A stretch of 64,000 nt of DNA from an uncultured virus (IMG/VR IMGVR_UViG_3300023198_000771). Its lineage: Duplodnaviria > Heunggongvirae > Uroviricota > Caudoviricetes > Crassvirales. This document shows, piece after piece, positions 56,046-64,000 of the stretch. The stretch's first letter is position 1; every line of letters starts with the position of its first letter. Under the pieces are notes generated by a model that searched no databases, was not told the origin of the DNA, and saw only the letters and a program-made list of their open reading frames with translations. Position numbers and translations under genes: made by a program. Location: the IMG/VR virus record IMGVR_UViG_3300023198_000771, one strand, 5' to 3'.

Positions 56046-59000
56046 TGCAGAAACAAGATATTCTTCCGATAGGTGGATTGAACACCGATAAGGATCCCCG
56101 GCATTTTGAGCAGGGAGATTATGAGGCAGCAAGAAACTTGCACACTGGTACCACTCAGGGAGCCGGTGATGAGGGATTGGTATCTTCTGTAAAATCTCAT
56201 GCAGCATTATCCCTTCCGACTCTTGGTGGGGCAACAACCAACTGGTTACATCTTGGGAAAGCCAAGGATGAGGAAAACGACAGGTCCTATCTATTAATCT
56301 ATGGTGAGGTTGCTGCCGTAGGGCAGTTTGCAATTATCAAGCACAACTTCCTGGATGACACATTAAAGATCATATTCCAGGGATTAGCTTCAGCATGGGG
56401 TGTTAGTCCATGGGGTGCAACGATGCAGAAATGCCATAACCCCAGGATCATTGATGGCCGGTTGATTTTCACAGACAATGTGAATGATATTCGCCAGATC
56501 GATGTGGAGAAGATGGAAGTCACATGGGATGCGGGAATCACATCGGTTGTTACGATGTGGGACGAGAATCAGGCTTACGGTGCAGGATATTCTATTGGCA
56601 CTTTATTGTGGTATCTTGATCGTGTTTATGAAATCATTCAGGATCCAATCGGAAACACGGATGCGCCACCATCATTCCCCGCTTATTATACCGATATTGC
56701 AGCCGTAGTGGATGTGTACCTGGATCCCATCGATCCAAACAATTTTACACTGGCAGCACTACCGCCACTTATTTCTGCCATAGCACAGTATATACCATCC
56801 GTGGATGTTGCTGTTAACCAACTGAAAGGGAAAACATGGCAATTTTCTTACCAGTATGTGTACATGGATTATCGCAAGAGTACCTACGCACCACCAAGTA
56901 TAGTCCCACCACCATCTCAGGAAGAAACGACTTCCGGTGCGCCTGAAACAGATCCCTCACACAATAACACTATCAGGTTGCGGATTAATTCAGGGAATGA
57001 GCAAGTACGCTCGATCAGGATAGTAGCCAGAACATCTGAGGATCCTTCAACATGGTTCCTTATTGATGAAATTTTTGTGGTCAATGATAAGGATGAGAGG
57101 CTGTACACCGCCAATCAACTTTTCTATGTGAATTTCTATAACGACAAATCAGGTGAAGTAGTAGTGGCGGCAGATGTATTCAACCTATTCCACTTTGTAC
57201 CTATCCGGGCAAAACACATGGAGGTCATAGAGGGGAACCGCCTTGCATTTGGACACATCACGGAGGGATATACTCGTATTGGTGCCTTTGTAGATATTGA
57301 TCTTGCATGGCAGGATCTCGCAGGGATAACCATCCAGACGGTATGGCTGAATATTACGAGAAGATTTATAACCGCCACGGCTCCTGATATGCAATATTTA
57401 TTGGAGTTTAATTTACCATCAATAGATCCAGGTCCGTGTACATTTAAGATAAGAATTAAGCAGAACATTGGGGATCCTTGGACTTACACAGAATATATTT
57501 ATGATGGCATAACTGCATATCCATCATCAGTATTAACCGGCCTTACTACCGCTTTTCTCATAAATTACCCGGGCGAAATAGATACCTGTTTTGCTCCCGG
57601 CACCCACAGGTTTTGTGCATTTCCAAGAACTGCCACATGGCCAACAAATCCTTACGCCAACTGGGAATATGAGTTTTATTATGAGAAGAATGTTACCGAT
57701 GTGGAAAAATACCCCCAGTTAAAGACGGGGGCTACTCATGCCTGGGCGCTGATATATCGTGATATTGTGGGTAGGATAACCCCACTCATCGGGGTTACTG
57801 AAATGACCAAGTACATCCCATTCCCAACCGAGGATACTAATAGTAACGTAGAGCGCAGACCACTTATTACATTTAATATAAACCATCTACCTCCACCACA
57901 AGCTGTAAGCTACGAGATTGCCTATGCAGGTAATAAATCAATCGCATGGTCCCTGCAGCTCATGGCTTATAACTTTGCCGTAGGAGAGAAGGATCACGAT
58001 GATCCAACCACGCATAACCCATCTCTTGAATATTATAGATGCCGGATTAAGAAAGCGCAGACCAACACCAGGAACAATCTTTTAAACTGGTCCGTTGAGG
58101 AATACGTATGGCAGAAAGGAGATCGGATCCGGATTATGGGTAAGGTGAGTCCTGCCGGTGTACTTACGGAGATCAATGGTGCTATCTATGATGTAGAGAT
58201 CATGGCTGTCTTTAACGATGTGATGTACACACAGGAGGTTGGGGATGATCCGCACGATACTACCGAGACAACTGACGAATGGCTCTATTTCCCAATAAAT
58301 GAAAACCTACCTGGATTCGTTCCAACCATAGCCGGAACGCCTAATCATTGGCCTGATAATTTATGGGTAGAGATCTACCGTCCATTCGTTACAGAAACAA
58401 ACCTGTACTTCACAACCGGTATGACATTTCCCATCGGAGTCGATGTGTATGGAAATAAATTTCATGGTGGGGATACGAACCAGGTTCTTAATGCAGGGGG
58501 GGAGAATGTAACCCCGGCCATTGTCGCTAATACGTCACACGATCAATGGAAGTTTCTAAGGAATTTCAGGGAGGTGACGGACACTATCAACTTCTTTTTA
58601 TTTGCTGAGAGTGAATATGCCTCTGACTTTTATATAACACAGAAACTAACCTCCCAGGGAAATCCTATTCCCAATATCGATAGTCAGCAACAGAATGTTC
58701 TTACCAAGCGGATGAGGCATGGAGGAGCAGTGAGCATAGGATCCCAGTTAAACCTTCTCGCTGAATTTGAGTATGACGATTACCTGGACCTGAAAGACGA
58801 GTATGGCCCCATCGAAGGGATGAGAGAGATAGGGTTCGTTTTAAAGGCCATACAGTACACGAAGGTAGTCAGCGTGTATATCAGCCGTCAAGAGTCCTTT
58901 ACTGCCTCTGGTAAGGCTCAATACCTGTTTACGGACAAAGTATTTGGTTCTTCTCGTCCCTCCATGGAGAACTACGGAACACAGCATCCGGATAGTGTTG

Positions 59001-59776
59001 AGGTCCATAACCGGCATTTATACTTTTGGGATCAGTCAGAGGGAGCCGTTATCAGGGATGCTGCCAATGGAATAGAGGTTATCAGCGAGAATAAGATGAA
59101 CCGGTATTTCAGAGATCTTGCCGATTGGATAAAGGCTCAGACAAATCAACATAATGTATGGGTCCAGTTCGGATTTTCCAAGGCCACCAAGGAACTCTTC
59201 TGCCTGTTCGGATATGAAGCGAATACCCAGGAGATAATTACATTCAGCGAGAATGATCAGAGGTGGAAGAATCAATTCGATGTGGATTTTGAGCGAGGAT
59301 TGATGTACTGGATAGGGAAAAGATTATTCCAAACTAACGGAGGATCAGTTTATGAATGGTGGGCAGGAGCCGACTACCAAGTATTAACAGGCACCACCAG
59401 AACGGGGCAGTTGATTGTATATGCTAATCAGCATCCGGCCAAAGTCAAGACATTCAAATCTGTCCATATTTATCAGACCGGGGGAGATCCTGTTATCAAC
59501 ACGATCATAGTACCAGAGAAGGCCACAGCCGTTGAGGGAGAGATGCAAACCTATGTCAGGGCAGCGAACATCGAGAAGAAAGAAGGTGTTTATTATTGTG
59601 GTATCTTGAAGGATATTAACACCCCAGGTCCACAGGCCCAGGATTGGAAGGAACTGAATGGCCGTGACATGAGGGGCCTATATTGTAAGTTTGATATTAT
59701 AGTCCAAAACACAAATACCAAGGTTGTATTATCGAATATTGCAGTAGTAGCAACACCAAGCGAACGAAGTCAATAA
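56045..59776 (+). CDS. Tail muzzle/stabilisation protein (P22 gp10-like)
   Basis: GGLNTDKDP....GDY..A.N, QFSYQYVY.D...S, GNRLAFG...EGY, KEG.YY, G..MRG.Y; 1243 aa. Confidence 0.82.
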   Translation: MQKQDILPIGGLNTDKDPRHFEQGDYEAARNLHTGTTQGAGDEGLVSSVKSHAALSLPTLGGATTNWLHLGKAKDEENDRSYLLIYGEVAAVGQFAIIKHNFLDDTLKIIFQGLASAWGVSPWGATMQKCHNPRIIDGRLIFTDNVNDIRQIDVEKMEVTWDAGITSVVTMWDENQAYGAGYSIGTLLWYLDRVYEIIQDPIGNTDAPPSFPAYYTDIAAVVDVYLDPIDPNNFTLAALPPLISAIAQYIPSVDVAVNQLKGKTWQFSYQYVYMDYRKSTYAPPSIVPPPSQEETTSGAPETDPSHNNTIRLRINSGNEQVRSIRIVARTSEDPSTWFLIDEIFVVNDKDERLYTANQLFYVNFYNDKSGEVVVAADVFNLFHFVPIRAKHMEVIEGNRLAFGHITEGYTRIGAFVDIDLAWQDLAGITIQTVWLNITRRFITATAPDMQYLLEFNLPSIDPGPCTFKIRIKQNIGDPWTYTEYIYDGITAYPSSVLTGLTTAFLINYPGEIDTCFAPGTHRFCAFPRTATWPTNPYANWEYEFYYEKNVTDVEKYPQLKTGATHAWALIYRDIVGRITPLIGVTEMTKYIPFPTEDTNSNVERRPLITFNINHLPPPQAVSYEIAYAGNKSIAWSLQLMAYNFAVGEKDHDDPTTHNPSLEYYRCRIKKAQTNTRNNLLNWSVEEYVWQKGDRIRIMGKVSPAGVLTEINGAIYDVEIMAVFNDVMYTQEVGDDPHDTTETTDEWLYFPINENLPGFVPTIAGTPNHWPDNLWVEIYRPFVTETNLYFTTGMTFPIGVDVYGNKFHGGDTNQVLNAGGENVTPAIVANTSHDQWKFLRNFREVTDTINFFLFAESEYASDFYITQKLTSQGNPIPNIDSQQQNVLTKRMRHGGAVSIGSQLNLLAEFEYDDYLDLKDEYGPIEGMREIGFVLKAIQYTKVVSVYISRQESFTASGKAQYLFTDKVFGSSRPSMENYGTQHPDSVEVHNRHLYFWDQSEGAVIRDAANGIEVISENKMNRYFRDLADWIKAQTNQHNVWVQFGFSKATKELFCLFGYEANTQEIITFSENDQRWKNQFDVDFERGLMYWIGKRLFQTNGGSVYEWWAGADYQVLTGTTRTGQLIVYANQHPAKVKTFKSVHIYQTGGDPVINTIIVPEKATAVEGEMQTYVRAANIEKKEGVYYCGILKDINTPGPQAQDWKELNGRDMRGLYCKFDIIVQNTNTKVVLSNIAVVATPSERSQ

Positions 59777-59794
59777 CCTTAAAAAATAGAAATT

Positions 59795-60475
59795 ATGCCA
59801 GCACCATGGGGAGCAATAATTCAAGCAGCCAATAGCGCAATCGGAGCCATTGGGTCCGGGATAATGGGATCCAAAATGGGCAAGAAGCAGATGCAGATGG
59901 GTCAGGAAATGCAGGATGAGGCCCGGGCTTTATCCGCACGATTCAAACGTCCTGAGATGCAGACCCCACAGGCTATCCAGATGATGATGGAAATGGCCCG
60001 AGGGAAGCAGTTCCAACAGATGCCTGGGATGACTACTATGCAAAACCAGATCGAAAAAGCGACTGCCGGTGGAGTGAAAGCCATGGAGAGGGGGGGTACC
60101 GGTGCAGAGGCTTTTGGTGGTATTGCCGATCTCTATGCGAATCAAATGGATACTCAGGCTAACCTTGGGGTCGAAGGCGCACGATACCAGGAACGAGGGC
60201 AGGATCAATACATGGGGGCCTTAGAGGGTCTTGGTGAGTGGGAACAACAGGCGTGGGGTTGGAATAAGGCTGATCCTTATCTGCAAGCACAAGAAAAAGC
60301 ATCAATGCTTGAAATGGCCGGAAGGCAGGGGGAGTGGGAAGGATTGAAGAACAAGATGGGATCCTGGGCCGAGGCATTTTCCGGATTTGGTAGCGGGGGA
60401 ACGCCAGATATGACAATGACTTCATTATTTGGTGGTGGAAAGAAGGATGTGGGATCAGCAGCAGCAACAAGTTAA
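59795..60475 (+). CDS. Virion cargo/ejection protein
   Basis: Hydrophobic G/A N-terminus, Q/M-rich helices, follows muzzle. Confidence 0.6.
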   Translation: MPAPWGAIIQAANSAIGAIGSGIMGSKMGKKQMQMGQEMQDEARALSARFKRPEMQTPQAIQMMMEMARGKQFQQMPGMTTMQNQIEKATAGGVKAMERGGTGAEAFGGIADLYANQMDTQANLGVEGARYQERGQDQYMGALEGLGEWEQQAWGWNKADPYLQAQEKASMLEMAGRQGEWEGLKNKMGSWAEAFSGFGSGGTPDMTMTSLFGGGKKDVGSAAATS

Positions 60476-60487
60476 ACACAGGAAACA

Positions 60488-62155
60488 ATGGCAAAAGGAA
60501 CGAGTTCAGGCGATGTGCATTTCAGCGTACCGGAAGGTGCTGATCCGTTAGGCATAGGAGTATTAGATCTTGGAAGAAGTTCCTACGATCCTATTGATAC
60601 TATACGGAGATTCAACGAAACCCGTAGGCAGAACCGTCTTATAAGGCAAGATAGAGATCGAGAGGACTATCAGAACTTTATGAAAATGATGCCTACTGTT
60701 AGTGGGGTCAATAAGAATATAGCTGCCAACATGAACAAGGATATACTTGAAATGAGTAAGCTGTTTAAGCAGCAACAATCATTAGGTGCCTTTGGGGGGT
60801 TTGCTAAGACCGGGGAAGATAAAGATGAGAAGGTTTCCATTAAACTGTCCGAGATCGAGAATAAGGTTGCGACAGATGCTCCTATATACAAGTGGTACTC
60901 CGACCAGTATGGGAAAGACCAAACTGTAATGAGATCTCCGGCCAATAAGGATAAGATCGATTGGGAATTGACCATGGAGAATGTGGATGCCATGAATCAG
61001 GCCAAGGATGTTGAGGGATTTTCACAACCTTTTGCCGAGAACGGAGGATCCTTAGTTGTATTCAAGCCAGAACCACAAGACATCATTGGATATGCCAAAA
61101 AGGTGGGATCTATGATTGAGGGAACCGACATTATGAGCCATGAGATTAAGATGGATCCCATGACGAATACAATGACCACTACCCAGGTAACGGGTGCGGA
61201 TCCTGCAATGATACATAAAGCCTATCAGACGGGATATGAGTTTGCAGAACCCAACATGAAAAATGCCATCGATGCCCTGTACAATGTGGCTCCCGACAAG
61301 AAAAATGCTGATGGCGTTATAATGGATGCGAAAGAATGGTGGGCTAATAAGTTCTCAGGATTTCATGGTACCACAACCTCAAAGAAAACAACCAAGCTGA
61401 CGAAGGATACCGATAAAGAATCTACCCCAGGATACGGAATGGCAAGGAATGAAGATGGATCCTTGAATATTGCTCAGAACACTTCCACTATACAGATGGC
61501 TGTTCCGGTAGATACTGAAACGAGAACCGTTAAAAGGACCAGAAAGTTCGGGAAAGATAAAGGTCAGCCAGTTTACAATGCACCTCAGACTGCACAGGCA
61601 CCCAGGAATGTTGAATATAGCACAGTATCAGTTCCTCTTACAGGATTTGATAAAACCTATGATGTATATAGCCACGGATCGGCTATCGATACAGAAACCG
61701 GTAAGCCTATTGATAAGGCCAAGAGTTCAACACACAAGGCCGTAAGGCTCGATTTCATTCCTGTATGGAGAGGAGAAGAAAAGAAGATTGAATCTGAAAC
61801 CACTGATGATAGCGGTAATATCGTGAAGGAAACATTTACCTTGAAGCCGGGAGATAAGATACCTATACACATCCAAGAACAATTACAGGATGAGAATCAG
61901 AGTTTCAGTTACGAGCCGTTCTTATTGAGTTCATCTGTATATGGACCGGCCATTGAAGAAAAGGCCCTTGCAGCCGGACTATCCTGGGAGGAATATGTTT
62001 CCAGGCATGGTAAGACCGCTATCACACCATGGGAGAAAGCCAACCGTGAACTACTGGTTAAAATGAAAGCATCTAAGGTTGATCCTACTGAGTTGGAGAA
62101 TCTGATTAAGGAGATCAATCAGAAGTTGAATGGAGTTGATGACATATTTAATTAA
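60488..62155 (+). CDS. Virion cargo protein
   Basis: Position in cargo cluster. Confidence 0.55.
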   Translation: MAKGTSSGDVHFSVPEGADPLGIGVLDLGRSSYDPIDTIRRFNETRRQNRLIRQDRDREDYQNFMKMMPTVSGVNKNIAANMNKDILEMSKLFKQQQSLGAFGGFAKTGEDKDEKVSIKLSEIENKVATDAPIYKWYSDQYGKDQTVMRSPANKDKIDWELTMENVDAMNQAKDVEGFSQPFAENGGSLVVFKPEPQDIIGYAKKVGSMIEGTDIMSHEIKMDPMTNTMTTTQVTGADPAMIHKAYQTGYEFAEPNMKNAIDALYNVAPDKKNADGVIMDAKEWWANKFSGFHGTTTSKKTTKLTKDTDKESTPGYGMARNEDGSLNIAQNTSTIQMAVPVDTETRTVKRTRKFGKDKGQPVYNAPQTAQAPRNVEYSTVSVPLTGFDKTYDVYSHGSAIDTETGKPIDKAKSSTHKAVRLDFIPVWRGEEKKIESETTDDSGNIVKETFTLKPGDKIPIHIQEQLQDENQSFSYEPFLLSSSVYGPAIEEKALAAGLSWEEYVSRHGKTAITPWEKANRELLVKMKASKVDPTELENLIKEINQKLNGVDDIFN

Positions 62156-62162
62156 CTGACAC

Positions 62163-64000
62163 ATGGGTAAGCAAGTCAAAGACGGTCTGGACAAAGATCC
62201 TAAATCATGGTTTAAATACTATGAGAATAAGGTGACCAATGATGAGAGGTTCACCAGTGCCACTCCGGAGGACCAGATGAGGTACCTGGGAAACGTATTT
62301 GATAAATATGGATCCTTCATGTATAACGGTGCCGACACTCAGGATAAAAAGGATTCCATCCGTAACGACTATATTACCACCACTCTCCAAAAAAAAAATA
62401 CTCCGGAAGAACCAGAGGTCGAGGCATGGGAGCCTCCCGTTTATTCAAAAGATTCTATACTACCATCACCCGAGGCAGAGTCCACAAGGGTTGAGGCTCC
62501 ACCTGTTTTCACAGAGGATCCTGACGTTACCCTTCCGGAAGAAGAACAACCGAAGCCACCGCAGCCAATAAACCAGGCCGTTAGTGATATTCAATCCAAT
62601 GTAGAGAGCATCTACAAAGCTAAAGGATGGCCTTCCCCCAATATGAAGATTCAACAGTACCAGGAAAGAGCCAAGGAGTTGCAGCAACAGGTCCTTGATG
62701 GAAAAATGAATGAGGATGATTATGAAGGCAAACTCGATGAGGTACTGAATGATATTGGATTAGGCCGTGACGGTGACAAGGTGTATGTATTTCCCAATGA
62801 AGTTGAGTTGTACCGGCAGGAGATCGATAAAGCCTACCGGCAGCATCTTACTGATCGTAGCGCCACCGAAAAGGATGGATTCTTTAAGGATGTACTCGAT
62901 GCTTTAAACGTGGGATCTCAGAGAGTAATGACCTCACCCACCAGGATCCTTGCCATAACAGAAAAGATGGCCAACGGAATGTTGAACCTGATGGGCCAGA
63001 AGGAGCGATTAGGATCTACCTACTGGGCTGACAAGGCCAAGATCGAGGGAGAGATCCAGGGTGCCATGAAGCAGAACAATGAACGGTACACTGAGGGTAT
63101 CACTGAGATGGCCAAACGTGGGAACATGAGAGGTGCCGTAGGACAAACAATCATGGCTGTTGCCGAGAACGCACCACTGATGACCATGCTTGTTATGGGT
63201 AATGCAGCCGGAGCCACCAATGCAACCTTGGGTTACATGGGGATGGATAAGGCAGCCGATGAGTATATGCGGAACGAGGAAAATCCGGATATGACTGAAC
63301 TGGTCAAGATCGTCAATGCCCTGGGAAAAGGAATGAGTGAAGTGGTATTTGAGAATATGGGTACCATGGCTATCATCAATAGCGTGAAGAGAGGGATCAG
63401 GGAGGCCGGAGAAGCCACTGTCAGGGATCAACTGATCAAATCATACACCCCAATGTTCCAACGCCACGTAGCAACCTTAATGGGTGCTTCCAGTAAGGCA
63501 GTGTGGGAGGGTGCAGAGGAAATGGCCACAGAGTTTACTGATAACCTACTCGATTGGGCCAATGATAAGGATGTTGACGTAGGAGCCAATGTTGCTGATG
63601 CAGGTATTGTCGGTGCAGTATTTGGTACCATGTTAGCCTCACCACAGATTTATGCTGACCTGAAAGGTGGTAAGAGTGAATATGTGAAGTCCCTTGCCGA
63701 TGCTATTCCAGATAACCTGGACTTTGAGAGGAAGATGGCCGTAGCTGAATTGATGATCGAGGCTGATCAGATCGGAATAAATAGTCAGGATGGAATGTCC
63801 GAGGCTCAGAAGATCCGTGTCAAGGAGATCAACGAGGAAATGAATACCTTACTGGGTATCACTCCGGAGGACCAGGCAGCAGCTAATCAGGAGAAGTATG
63901 GATTTGAACTGACACCTGAGTATGTGGAAGCAGTCAGGGAGCAAAGGGCCTACTTTGATGATATGAAGATCAAGGAGGCACAGGAGCGATTGAATCTTCC
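62163..64000 (+). CDS. Large virion cargo protein, N-terminal part (runs off window)
   Basis: ATG 62163 MGKQVKDGLDK...; absent from ORF track and no stop seen in the portions translated; acidic Pro-rich linker then G/A-rich helices. Confidence 0.75.
   Translation, partial: MGKQVKDGLDKDPKSWFKYYENKVTNDERFTSATPEDQMRYLGNVFDKYGSFMYNGADTQDKKDSIRNDYITTTLQKKNTPEEPEVEAWEPPVYSKDSILPSPEAESTRVEAPPVFTEDPDVTLPEEEQPKPPQPINQAVSDIQSNVESIYKAKGWPSPNMKIQQYQERAKELQQQVLDGKMNEDDYEGKLDEVLNDIGLGRDGDKVYVFPNEVELYRQEIDKAYRQHLTDRSATEKDGFFKDVLDALNVGSQRVMTSPTRILAITEKMANGMLNLMGQKERLGSTYWADKAKIEGEIQGAMKQNNERYTEGITEMAKRGNMRGAVGQTIMAVAENAPLMTMLVMGNAAGATNATLGYMGMDKAADEYMRNEENPDMTELVKIVNALGKGMSEVVFENMGTMAIINSVKRGIREAGEATVRDQLIKSYTPMFQRHVATLMGASSKAVWEGAEEMATEFTDNLLDWANDKDVDVGANVADAGIVGAVFGTMLASPQIYADLKGGKSEYVKSLADAIPDNLDFERKMAVAELMIEADQIGINSQDGMSEAQKIRVKEINEEMNTLLGITPEDQAAANQEKYGFELTPEYVEAVREQRAYFDDMKIKEAQERLNL

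Noticed and set aside
1..64000. TAG/TGA stop-codon reassignment as in some crAss-like phages
   Set aside because: Long genes are intact under the standard code; TAG (7370, 37112, 38107) and TGA end genes right at the next start or terminator; no suppressor tRNA seen

Overview
64 kb segment of a dsDNA podovirus-type phage of Bacteroidota, crAss-like (Crassvirales-related) judging by gene order; several TTTG-N20-TAnnTTTG promoters support the host assignment. Layout: (1) 1-12.9 kb, + strand replication/recombination module (primase-helicase, GroES, YqaJ exonuclease, RusA, Topo VI-A-like Toprim protein, DUF3127, PolX, FISUMP lipoprotein, RecT-like protein, RyR + Acb2/Tad1-like fusion); (2) 12.9-21.3 kb, divergently transcribed accessory/early region (PAPS-reductase family, hammerhead ribozyme, C5 methyltransferase, RadC/JAB) ending in a non-coding stretch that may be the genome end or origin; (3) 21.4-29.3 kb, small + strand genes (HNH-AP2, MazG/DUF550-like, ASCH, HTH, FN3, tandem GroES); (4) 29.3-64 kb, virion module (terminase, portal, scaffold, major capsid, accessory/fibre proteins, ring proteins, muzzle, cargo proteins). 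The most notable signals are an RNA-level control layer (type I hammerhead, repeated AACCAATAC leaders, short promoter-terminator RNAs antisense to translation-initiation regions, a long attenuator-like leader), a candidate two-domain anti-defence fusion, and strong GGATCC over-representation with a 10 kb site-free zone. All protein calls come from motif recognition by eye; no database search was run. Two 100-N scaffold gaps are present.
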